This document shows, piece by piece, positions 1 to 7,484 of a DNA stretch of 45,617 nt. Every line of letters starts with the position of its first letter. Position 1 is the first letter of the stretch. The stretch comes from an uncultured Pirellulales bacterium (GTDB taxonomy: Bacteria; Planctomycetota; Phycisphaerae; Sedimentisphaerales; CAYZTY01). The stretch spans positions 1-45,617 of the forward strand of contig CAYZTY010000004.1 of the NCBI GenBank assembly GCA_964481525.1, given 5' to 3'. The translations under genes were made by a program, and so were the position numbers. A model generated the notes under the pieces. The model was not told where the DNA came from, searched no databases, and saw only the letters and a program-made list of their open reading frames with translations.

Positions 1-135
1 GCACTGCACAGGAGCCAAGAAACGGCTGCATTTTATATAAATCGCGCCAAGAAAAAATTAGGCAAACTTCCTAATTCTGATTACAAGGAAAGTCTCGGTC
101 GATTGGCTGATTACTTAATAGAGACGGGATATTAG
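1..135 (+). CDS. 3' end of a polyprenyl diphosphate synthase-like gene (partial; start lies outside the window)
   Basis: Frame 1 is open from the window edge to TAG at 133-135. It translates to ALHRSQETAAFYINRAKKKLGKLPNSDYKESLGRLADYLIETGY. This resembles the usual C-terminal helix pair of trans-isoprenyl diphosphate synthases (A..A...L..LP.S.....L..LA.Y.I.R). Only 44 aa are visible. Confidence 0.4.
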   Translation, partial: ALHRSQETAAFYINRAKKKLGKLPNSDYKESLGRLADYLIETGY

Positions 136-315
136 AATTATAGGGCTTTACTCTGTAAATGTGCTTATGTCGAGGCCCGCTACGACCCCGATTACAAAAT
201 CACCAAAAAGCAGTTGGAATATCTCGCCGAAAGAGTGAAGGTGTTACAGCGATTGACTAAAAAGATATGCACAGCGAAAATAGAAAGTTTTACATCGGAG
301 TACAAAGAAATTTAG
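136..315 (+). pseudogene. HEPN-like C-terminal remnant with no start codon
   Basis: The frame is open immediately after the upstream stop and ends at TAG 313-315. It reads ...CAYVEARYDPDYKITKKQLEYLAERVKVLQRLTKKI..., which resembles the C-terminal (ARY..dy.it.e.a...) segment of HEPN-domain proteins. There is no ATG/GTG start and no N-terminal half. Confidence 0.3.
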
Positions 316-882
316 ATGAAGCAATGCTTTCGATTGTACACATGGCAAAATCCTCATTGGGATATTACCAAGGAAAAACGTGATTCTTCCAAGGGACTCC
401 AAAGCTGGGGAACAGATACATGGAATAGGCTTCAACCACTCTATGCGAAATTAGAGAAAGAGATAGGCACTCTTAGTTTCGTTCATTGCTTTGCAGAATA
501 TACGTATTGGAAACAATCCGAGATAAGAAGATTGTGGGTGCTCGATGTGCCCAGTTCGAAGATATTCAGTTTCTTAAATTCTAGGATCTGGGAGGGAATA
601 GTTCAAGATGTTCTCAATAATATTCAACCTAAACACATCAGTTGGGATAAGTTGATAGTAGAAAGAAGTGAACGAATGAAAAGACTATCTGCTGGGAATA
701 ATGCTGATATTACACCACTTGTACCTGTACCACTTTCCCCTTTGATACGGGTTATAGACAACAGTAAATTTAACAAAGGCCCTAGTTGTTCCAATGCGAA
801 ATACGAAGATTTGCCTACTTCTAAGTGTGAGGCAAAGAGATGTCGAGATGAGGGATGTAAAAGAGGGGCTTGGCGACAATGA
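316..882 (+). CDS. hypothetical protein (188 aa) in a low-GC islet
   Basis: It is the longest ORF in the interval, starts with ATG, and has lower GC than the neighbouring core genes. I can name no confident motif. The Cys/Arg/Lys-rich C-terminal tail may be read-through. Confidence 0.4.
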   Translation: MKQCFRLYTWQNPHWDITKEKRDSSKGLQSWGTDTWNRLQPLYAKLEKEIGTLSFVHCFAEYTYWKQSEIRRLWVLDVPSSKIFSFLNSRIWEGIVQDVLNNIQPKHISWDKLIVERSERMKRLSAGNNADITPLVPVPLSPLIRVIDNSKFNKGPSCSNAKYEDLPTSKCEAKRCRDEGCKRGAWRQ

Positions 883-988
883 TAGAAAGGACGTAATCCG
901 CTGAAACGCAAGAAATTAGGTGAGTATTGAAGAAGCAACGGGAACTTATTAAGCAGAATGTATATTTATTGTTGGGCACAAAGGGTAA

Positions 989-1582
989 ATGTCATACGCA
1001 GTGATCCATAATGGTAATGCCTTTGATGATAGCGACAGACTCCTTGAATTTTATAATCGGAATATTGTCAAAGTAGCTGAATTACTTGAGACACCAACCG
1101 CAGATATTCCTAATAACACTACCATTATTCTACTAAAAAAAGGCAATACGACTAGTTATTGCAGAGAGAAGTCAAGGATCAAATACATAATTAAGAATGG
1201 AAGGATACTTGAGGATAAGGGGCGATTGATACACGAAGCAGCACATGTAGTTCAAGATTATCCGCACAAAATTCATCGTGGTCACCCTTGTTGGTGCTGG
1301 GCCGAAGGAATTGCTGATTATTGCAGAGCTGAGCTGGATGATACATTTTCTCTTGAGTATGGGGATCCACGAGAGGGTTATAGGTATGCCGCTTATTTTC
1401 TCGTTTGGCTTTCAAGAATATATCCCTCTGTCATCATTGAAATGAATAAATTATTTCGATTGGAAGCAGACCAACTAAAAACATGGGATCAGATTTTTCA
1501 AAAACTTGTCCAAAAAAATTACACTCAATTGTATCGAGACTACATCGATTGGAGAATCGAAGAGACCCGGCAAACTAACTAA
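989..1582 (+). CDS. HExxH zinc metallopeptidase-like protein, basic secretory protein (BSP)-like
   Basis: The protein is 197 aa. It has HEAAHVVQ (HExxH) followed by WAEGIADYCR, which matches the HE..H..Q ... EG.ADY.R signature I associate with the plant/bacterial BSP peptidase family. No signal peptide is evident. Confidence 0.5.
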   Translation: MSYAVIHNGNAFDDSDRLLEFYNRNIVKVAELLETPTADIPNNTTIILLKKGNTTSYCREKSRIKYIIKNGRILEDKGRLIHEAAHVVQDYPHKIHRGHPCWCWAEGIADYCRAELDDTFSLEYGDPREGYRYAAYFLVWLSRIYPSVIIEMNKLFRLEADQLKTWDQIFQKLVQKNYTQLYRDYIDWRIEETRQTN

Positions 1583-1749
1583 GATATGTCTTTGATATGC
1601 TTAGTATAATAACTTAAGAAAGCACGAATTCTGTGTCTAAAGCACAAATAAAACGATATCATTCGGCATACTTTCACCGGAGGAATTTATTGCTTTGACA
1701 CTGTATTCTAATTTGCAGCCGGGGAATTCGGTCCGGCAAACGGCACGAC

Positions 1750-2577
1750 TCAGGTTGCGTAGCTGTGAAGGCCGGCAAAGAGTCTCGAGAGATTGACCCA
1801 AAGTATAGTAATTACAATTATTGCCATACCCGCGATAGCCCAGAGACAGTTAATGCGAGCATACTTTCTTCCGAACATAGCGCGAAAATGGAGATAGCCT
1901 GCGTAAAGAAGCCAGCATGCAAGCGACCACGACTCCTTCGGGTCCCAGCCCCAGTAATCGCCCCAGGCAAGTTTGCCCCAATAGCTGCCGAGAACGAGGC
2001 CGAGAGTCAGTAACGGAAAGCCCACGCAAATCATTCGATGGGCGGCCTGTTCAGGTGATAGAAGGTTTTCATCAAGCGGTTGTGTCTTACTCGCAATCCC
2101 CTTAGAGGCAAGCTGAGCAAGGGCCTGGCAGGCGGCCTTTGCCATAAAGACGTAAGCTAAGACATAAACAGCAACGTGAGGCCCAAAAAGCCAGCTTTGC
2201 AGGGCGGGCGGCAGGTGTTGCGGCTGGGCGCTAAAGACAAAGCCTGCTGGGAAAAGCACGACGGCGCCTATGAGCATATCGGGCAGTCGGCCCGGCGTGC
2301 GCAAGACATATCTGCAGAACAATCCCAGCGGATAAACCGCCGTACCCAAGGCAAGAAATACCTCAAAAAGATTCTGCAAAGGTATATGACCGACATTATA
2401 CCAGCGATAAATAAAGGCAAACAGGGCCATTATAAAGCCAAGCAGTTGTAAGAACGGGCCTGCTTTTTTATCCGCCGCGGCGGATTTACCGCCGAGCAGG
2501 CTTACAAAGAATGCCAGCAGGTATCCGGCAATGGCGGCGTAGATTAACAGGCCTTGAATTGTATATTTAATTGTCAT
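1750..2577 (-). CDS. ccsA: cytochrome c biogenesis heme-handling protein CcsA/ResC
   Basis: The protein is a polytopic membrane protein of 275 aa. It carries the W-rich motif WGDYWGWDPKESWSL with a downstream His (YLH). It immediately follows ccsB, and start and stop share nt 2577. Confidence 0.85.
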   Translation of the reverse strand: MTIKYTIQGLLIYAAIAGYLLAFFVSLLGGKSAAADKKAGPFLQLLGFIMALFAFIYRWYNVGHIPLQNLFEVFLALGTAVYPLGLFCRYVLRTPGRLPDMLIGAVVLFPAGFVFSAQPQHLPPALQSWLFGPHVAVYVLAYVFMAKAACQALAQLASKGIASKTQPLDENLLSPEQAAHRMICVGFPLLTLGLVLGSYWGKLAWGDYWGWDPKESWSLACWLLYAGYLHFRAMFGRKYARINCLWAIAGMAIIVITILWVNLSRLFAGLHSYAT

Positions 2578-3632
2578 TAACTTGCCTTTTGTTTCTTTTT
2601 GAAAATGTCCTTTAGCCAGAAATGCTGGAACACACCGACCAAGAGCATTACGTATCCTGCATAAACGGGAAAAAGGCCGCTGTCCGATACGACCATAAGC
2701 ACAATGTACTGCTCGTTGTCGCTGTCATAAGAATGCTGGTAAAAATGGTATCCTCCGAAATGAAGAGGATGGTTTACCTCGACACTTTTCTCGGCAAGAA
2801 TTTTATCGTCCTTAGTAACCTGCAGGTCACTTATATAATCGCGCGGGGTTCTATAATAGCCAAGTACTAACTTGTCTTCCGGCCGGGCGTGCGCAGTAAA
2901 ACGCTCGAAGACATACCTTGTGGTTGTGTTGCCGTTGGGGTCTTTGAGCTGCACTTCCAGGGCCGGGTTGGAACCAGAGCCGTCGTTATCAGTAGCGACT
3001 CTTTTATCTCCGTCAATTTTGATTTTGAAATTCTCGAAGCTTCTCAGTACCGTTATCGAGCCTAAATCAGGGGCCAGGAAGACTTCACGGCCGATTTCAA
3101 CGGGCACCGTCCAGCTTCTGCCGCCGGAGCTCTGGATTTGCAGGTACTCCGATTTGTAATATTCTATTCGGAAATCCTTCAGTTTTATGGAGAAGGGCAG
3201 TTCAAAGGTTTTTTCGTTTTCGTATACAACGTGTTTTTCGGCCTGTTGCTCATAGACGACCATTTCGCCCGTCTGACATTTCCGGATTCCGAGAAGGCTG
3301 TCTCGCAGATTGTGAGCGCCGGCGGAGCCCCACATAGCGCCTGCGAGAACGGATATGAGACCCAGGTGTATCAGCAGCAGTCCCACATTGCGGAGTAGCC
3401 GGCGGGATACTGCGAGGGAAATTATAAGGCCCACCGTTAAGGTCAGCCAAATGACAATCAACGGCGGCGAATTGAAGAGAGTTTTCGCGCGGTACGAGCC
3501 GAGAAACGCCCCGTAGATAGACAAAAAGAATAAAGCCCCAATGAGCATCAGGGCGGCCCAGCAGGCCATCCGCTTATACCGGTTTTTATGAGTTCCGTTA
3601 GTGCTCATCGTCTTGCCATTATACCATAACAT
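2577..3632 (-). CDS. ccsB: cytochrome c biogenesis protein CcsB/ResB
   Basis: The protein is 351 aa, with N-terminal TM helices, a large soluble loop and a C-terminal VNHPLHFGGYHFYQHSYD plus TM, as in ResB. It is translationally coupled to ccsA. Confidence 0.75.
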   Translation of the reverse strand: MLWYNGKTMSTNGTHKNRYKRMACWAALMLIGALFFLSIYGAFLGSYRAKTLFNSPPLIVIWLTLTVGLIISLAVSRRLLRNVGLLLIHLGLISVLAGAMWGSAGAHNLRDSLLGIRKCQTGEMVVYEQQAEKHVVYENEKTFELPFSIKLKDFRIEYYKSEYLQIQSSGGRSWTVPVEIGREVFLAPDLGSITVLRSFENFKIKIDGDKRVATDNDGSGSNPALEVQLKDPNGNTTTRYVFERFTAHARPEDKLVLGYYRTPRDYISDLQVTKDDKILAEKSVEVNHPLHFGGYHFYQHSYDSDNEQYIVLMVVSDSGLFPVYAGYVMLLVGVFQHFWLKDIFKKKQKAS

Positions 3633-3673
3633 CTATTGCTGAGTCTGAGCTTGTGAAGCAGCACGCAAGGTTG

Positions 3674-4648
3674 TCAGCAGACCAGGGCACCAAGAATCAG
3701 AGCAATTATAAAAGCGACGCTGAATGCCAGGTGCAGTTGTGCGGTCTGAACATCTATCGAGATAATAGACTCGTGATTTTCGGGCCTGCTTTCTTTCACA
3801 GCCCGTATGTTTTGAATCGCAATCGGCACCGTAACAAAGACGAGCAAAAACCAGAGCGAAGCTATTTTTATCAGAAGCATAAGCGCAACACTCAGATAAG
3901 CACCAATTACCAGCGCTAAATATTCCGTCTTTGCACCCTGATGGCCAAGAATGCCCGCCAGCGTTTTGATACCGGCCGCGCGGTCGTGGTCGATATCCCG
4001 AAGATTGTTCGATGCCATAATCGCGGCGGCCAATAGTCCGAAGGGTAGAGAAGTATAGATTACTATGCTGTCGCAACTTCCGGTCAGCGCGAAATAAGAG
4101 CCGGTTACCATCACAGGACCCAGCAGGATAAGTACTATAATATCGCCGAGGGCAAAATACTTATAGGAGATGGGCCAGCCCGTGTAAAAGTAGCCTCCCG
4201 CCAGACCAATTAAACCAATGACCAGCATAGGCCAGCCGCGAACCCAGACAAGACCCAGGCCCAACAGCGCGCCCAGGCCGAAAAGAAACAGTCCGGCAAC
4301 AAGTAGTTGGCCGGGCTTAAGAAGTCCTTCGGGCAGCACGCCGCTTGAGCCGAAAGTATTTATTTTATCGATTCCCTTTTTGAAATCAAAATAGTCGTTG
4401 ATTAGATTAGTTGCTGTCTGGAAAAGCAGTGTGCAAACCAATACCAGCGGGAACAGTTCCCACATTACATCTCCGTGATAGGAAATTGCAAGGGCCGCAC
4501 CGACAAAGATTGGTACCAGTGTAGCTGGGAATGCGAAAAGCCGTATAGCCCGAATCCATATAAGAACTTTATTAGTTTGTGGCTGCGTTGTGGTATTTAG
4601 CATATTAAGTAGTGATGATAATCGAGGGCGATGGTTTCGGCAAATCAC
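3674..4648 (-). CDS. menA: UbiA-family prenyltransferase, MenA-like (1,4-dihydroxy-2-naphthoate polyprenyltransferase-like)
   Basis: The protein has about 8-9 TM helices. Its first Asp-rich motif NLINDYFDFKKGIDK matches the MenA-type N..NDY.D..KG.D pattern. The start overlaps the upstream stop (ATGA at 4645-4648). An internal Met (MLNTTT) is an alternative start. Confidence 0.7.
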   Translation of the reverse strand: MICRNHRPRLSSLLNMLNTTTQPQTNKVLIWIRAIRLFAFPATLVPIFVGAALAISYHGDVMWELFPLVLVCTLLFQTATNLINDYFDFKKGIDKINTFGSSGVLPEGLLKPGQLLVAGLFLFGLGALLGLGLVWVRGWPMLVIGLIGLAGGYFYTGWPISYKYFALGDIIVLILLGPVMVTGSYFALTGSCDSIVIYTSLPFGLLAAAIMASNNLRDIDHDRAAGIKTLAGILGHQGAKTEYLALVIGAYLSVALMLLIKIASLWFLLVFVTVPIAIQNIRAVKESRPENHESIISIDVQTAQLHLAFSVAFIIALILGALVC

Positions 4649-5328
4649 TTTTCAGCTTGTCGAGAGGTCTTTTTCGTTTGCATATCCAGCTTCCAGATAT
4701 ATTTCTGTGTGCGATACACAACAATACACAAGACCACAATGGAGACCGGAAGCAAGTAGATTAAAATTTTCGCAAGCCATCCTGTGCCGAAGATCATTAT
4801 AAGGAAGTTGAGTATGATAAAGTAGATTCTGATTTCAGTCGGGCCGGCCGCTAAATATGTTATTTTGAATTCACCTGTCGCGCCGAAGGACAGAAATGAA
4901 CTTACCATAAAACAGCCGAAGACCGGAATCAATAGATAAACAAGCTGTTTGTTGATGCCTTCAAATAAGAATGAATATCCGATGAGAATCGAACTCATAA
5001 ACACGAAGTCGAGTAAATGGTCCATAAAAAAGCCCCACTTAGGGATGCCTGTGTCTCTCAGTCTGCCCAGAGCGCCGTCAAAGGAGTCTGTAAACCATTG
5101 CAAAAATATCATAATTGATGAGGCCCACAACCAGGCGTAATTGCGGCCGGCAAGCCAGCCGAATGTGATTAGGCCTGCCGAAATCGGGATGGTCATTAGC
5201 GTTAAATGATAGCCCTGTATCCAAGCGGGGAACCTGGGGGCATTTTCGTCGATGAGTTTTCTTTCGTATTTAGCAAGCAATGTTTTCATCGGTGTTTTTT
5301 TGTCGCCCCGAAAATTGTCATCACTCAT
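4645..5328 (-). CDS. CDP-alcohol phosphatidyltransferase family protein
   Basis: The protein is a membrane protein of 227 aa. It carries DSFDGALGRLRDTGIPKWGFFMDHLLD, which fits D-x2-D-G-x2-(A/G)-R-x8-12-G-x3-D-x3-D. Confidence 0.7.
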   Translation of the reverse strand: MSDDNFRGDKKTPMKTLLAKYERKLIDENAPRFPAWIQGYHLTLMTIPISAGLITFGWLAGRNYAWLWASSIMIFLQWFTDSFDGALGRLRDTGIPKWGFFMDHLLDFVFMSSILIGYSFLFEGINKQLVYLLIPVFGCFMVSSFLSFGATGEFKITYLAAGPTEIRIYFIILNFLIMIFGTGWLAKILIYLLPVSIVVLCIVVYRTQKYIWKLDMQTKKTSRQAEK

Positions 5329-5497
5329 ATTTTTGCCCCTTTCTCATTGACCTAAGGCGAATCGGCCGGGCGGGCCTGGCTCACACCGGTTCTTGATAGC
5401 TGTTCATCTCCGCAATATTCTACAGGAACTTCTTTTTGTCAAATCCTAATTTCAATAGAAAGAATTCCGATTTGCCGTGTTGCCTCAAGACTTAGTA

Positions 5498-5522
5498 CAA
5501 AAGAAATCCGCCGCGGCGGAGG
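5498..5522 (-). terminator. candidate intrinsic terminator downstream of the recombinase gene
   Basis: On the minus strand a GC hairpin UCCGC-CGCG-GCGGA (plus-strand coordinates 5507-5520) is followed by UUUCUUUU. It lies about 60 nt after the stop. The stem is short. Confidence 0.4.
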
Positions 5523-5579
5523 GTATGTCTTCCCGGCTGTGGAGAGGTTGTGGAAATTCTTGTTCGAAGTTTTTGTTTT

Positions 5580-6446
5580 TTATAAGGCTTCTGTATAAAC
5601 CAGTGTAGAGGCGAGGGCCTGGTGTCCGAGCATTTCTTTTACCGTGTACAAGTCGCAGCCGGTATGGAGCTTGCGCGCTGCAAAACTATGCCGGAGACTT
5701 CGAGGGCTAAACGAGCGGTCAAGACCGGCCGTTGCAAGACACATATCCATTTTTCTTCGCACATCTCGTTTGCTCAGACGCCGTCCGAACTTGTTCAGGA
5801 AAAGGGCCCGCCCACCGTTATTATATTCGGCAACTTTTTCTCGCTGTCTAATGTAGGCGGCAAGGGCGCAGACAGCCGGTTCTTCGAGGCTGATTGCCCT
5901 TTCTCTTTTTCCTTTTGTCCTGACGTAAAGAATTCTGTTGGCAAGGTCAATATCATCAACATTCAGCGCCACCAGTTCGCTGACCCTGACTCCCGTGCTG
6001 TATAGCGTGTGCAGCAGGGCCTTGTTTCTTGCTCCCAGCCAGTTGTGTGTAAACGGTGCCTCGAGCAGTTTTCTCGCTTCCCGGTCTTCCAGCAGTTTCA
6101 GGGGGGGGCGTTCGGGCTGCGGAATGTGAACCGCCTTGGCCGGGTTTGAGTTCACACCGTTTTGCTTTTCCAGAAACTTGTAAAAAGTACGGAGTGAAGC
6201 CAGCTTCCTGGCAGTCGAGGACTGAGAGTAGTTTTTCTTTTTGAGGGACTTTATATATGCCTTGATTGTTTCAGCATCGACGGCTTCGAGTGTGTGTTCG
6301 CTATGGGTTTTAGTGTTTCTGTTGGTCTGCAGAAAACATATGAACTGCTTCAAATCCAGCTCATAGCATCTTGCCGTTTGTTGCGAAAGGTGCCGCTGTA
6401 ACCTTAAATAATTAACGAAATCTTCACTTTTGCAAGAAGGTTTCAT
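5580..6446 (-). CDS. tyrosine site-specific recombinase, XerC/XerD-like
   Basis: The protein is 288 aa. It has an N-terminal SAM-like core-binding domain (YLRLQRHLSQQTARCYELDLKQF), Arg-I in GVRVSELVAL, GKGKRER, box II SPRSLRHSFA and LGHQALASTLVYTE (Tyr nucleophile). The position normally His in HxLRH is Arg here. There is no IntI-type extra domain. Confidence 0.85.
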   Translation of the reverse strand: MKPSCKSEDFVNYLRLQRHLSQQTARCYELDLKQFICFLQTNRNTKTHSEHTLEAVDAETIKAYIKSLKKKNYSQSSTARKLASLRTFYKFLEKQNGVNSNPAKAVHIPQPERPPLKLLEDREARKLLEAPFTHNWLGARNKALLHTLYSTGVRVSELVALNVDDIDLANRILYVRTKGKRERAISLEEPAVCALAAYIRQREKVAEYNNGGRALFLNKFGRRLSKRDVRRKMDMCLATAGLDRSFSPRSLRHSFAARKLHTGCDLYTVKEMLGHQALASTLVYTEAL

Positions 6447-6516
6447 AACTCACCTGCCTCTCCGGTCCCGATTCTATCGGGATTTCGCGCGGCCGAGTTT
6501 CTACTGCAAAATTTGT

Positions 6517-6557
6517 GGGGCCGACCTAAGACCGAACAGTGATCTTTGGCCGGCCCC
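6517..6557 (+). repeat. GC-rich hairpin carrying an inverted copy of the array core motif in its loop
   Basis: GGGGCCGACC (6517-6526) pairs 9/10 with GGCCGGCCCC (6548-6557). The 21-nt loop contains GACCGAACAGTGAT (6530-6543). That is the exact reverse complement of ATCACTGTTCGGTC at 6761-6774. Confidence 0.7.
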
Positions 6558-6642
6558 TAAAGCACGAGTGGTATTTCATCATTGCTACCGCCGGTTTGAC
6601 CGGCCCACCCCCTACCGCCAGACCCGCGGCAAAATATGGCAT

Positions 6643-6665
6643 CACTGTTCGGCCGCCAACCCAGC
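6643..6665 (-). repeat. core copy 1 (degenerate)
   Basis: CACTGTTCGGCCGCCAACCCAGC. The 5' half is conserved, the 3' half has diverged, and it is one nt shorter. Confidence 0.7.
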
Positions 6666-6762
6666 TTTTGGATGGGTTTCATAGTATTCACTCGTAAGCT
6701 TCTTTATGTTTATCACAGCATTTTCAGCCGTGCTGTTTTCCGCCGGGCCTGCCAACCAACAT

Positions 6763-6786
6763 CACTGTTCGGTCATCAAGCCCAGC
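6763..6786 (-). repeat. core copy 2 (consensus)
   Basis: Exact CACTGTTCGGTCATCAAGCCCAGC. Confidence 0.9.
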
Positions 6787-6878
6787 TCATAAGGAGGAGA
6801 GAGGTTCGTCACCTTATCACTTCTCACGGCCTCCTTGGCCGTGCTCGGTTTCTGCCGGGCCTGCTAACCTGGCGTGTT

Positions 6879-6902
6879 CACTGTTCGGTCATCAAGCCCA
6901 GC
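6879..6902 (-). repeat. core copy 3 (consensus)
   Basis: Exact CACTGTTCGGTCATCAAGCCCAGC. Confidence 0.9.
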
Positions 6903-7006
6903 GTGGGGGAGAAAACTCTTCTTTCTTGAGCCGGCGTATTGCCATCACGACGCAGGGTCGTGCTTGCTCTCTGCCGGGTCTGGCTAACCGATATAAATGC
7001 TTTTTG

Positions 7007-7030
7007 CACTGTTCGGTCATCAAACCCAGC
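7007..7030 (-). repeat. core copy 4 (one substitution)
   Basis: CACTGTTCGGTCATCAAACCCAGC. The G-to-A change at 7024 is matched by a C-to-T change at 6979 in its partner block. Confidence 0.9.
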
Positions 7031-7061
7031 GTAGAGGAAAGAGAACTGCCGCGCTTTATTT

Positions 7062-7484
7062 TTAAGTTTTCTCGCGTTCAGTTGTCTCTTTGATTGCTTT
7101 TATGCCTCGTATCGAGGCAACATCCTTAAGACCAAGGACCTGTCGAACCGCTTCCCGGAAATGCTCATCACTGCTGTGGTCGGTCAGGACAGCCGAGACG
7201 CCAAGGCTTCTTGCCGAGACCTCCTGTGCGTAGTTGCCCGCCTTGACCACTGCTATTGTCGGGATGTCCGGCCTTATACTGCGTAGCCGTTTCAGGAAGG
7301 TCCCGTCCGGCATGTCAGTCAGGTCCCAGTTACTGATTACGCTGTCAATCGATTCATTTTTAAAAGAGCTTGCAGCCTCAACACCGGACTGCACACTTAT
7401 CAGTCGAATCGGCAGTTCCTGCAAAACCTCGTGTTTGCCGTCAATGCCGACGGTTAATATCGTTGCCTGTACAAGGAGAATCAT
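7062..7484 (-). CDS. stand-alone receiver (REC)-like protein, probably degenerate
   Basis: The protein is 140 aa with CheY-like alternation. The candidate phospho-acceptor region is SVISNWDLTDMPDGTFLKRLR. The N-terminal acidic pair and the conserved Lys position are not obvious. There is no output domain. Confidence 0.5.
   Translation of the reverse strand: MILLVQATILTVGIDGKHEVLQELPIRLISVQSGVEAASSFKNESIDSVISNWDLTDMPDGTFLKRLRSIRPDIPTIAVVKAGNYAQEVSARSLGVSAVLTDHSSDEHFREAVRQVLGLKDVASIRGIKAIKETTEREKT

Larger units (their letters stand above)
6641..7030 (-). repeat. tandem array of about 115-130 nt structured modules (four direct copies of a 24-nt core plus conserved partner blocks)
   Basis: The core is CACTGTTCGGTCATCAAGCCCAGC, at 6643-6665 (degenerate), 6763-6786, 6879-6902 and 7007-7030. 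The partner block GTGCT..TTYCYGCCGGGYCTGSYWAACC is at 6730-6757, 6841-6869 and 6960-6989. Helix pairing and compensatory changes are described in the findings. The strand call (minus) rests only on G.U versus A/C pairing logic. Confidence 0.8.

Noticed and set aside
6430-6929. ORF-track ORFs 6430..6684 and 6636..6929 (+) as small proteins
   Set aside because: They run through the tandem repeats, whose periods are not multiples of 3, so repeated DNA is read in different frames. They have no SD or start context and an Arg/Ser/Pro-rich composition typical of spurious GC-rich ORFs.
6447-7061. CRISPR array
   Set aside because: The repeat period (about 116-128 nt) and the two-block conserved architecture do not fit 24-48 nt repeats with 26-72 nt spacers. 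The so-called spacers share conserved sub-blocks. One copy is inverted. No cas genes or leader are present in the window.
5580-7061. Integron (intI plus attC cassette array)
   Set aside because: The geometry is superficially similar, with a recombinase divergent from an array of hairpin sites. However, the recombinase is 288 aa and lacks the IntI-specific insertion. The units lack RYYYAAC/GTTRRRY boundary motifs (GTTCGGT has C at the first R position). The stems are only about 10 bp, and the cassettes would be about 120 bp with no ORFs. The hairpin-site idea is kept only as an alternative in the findings.
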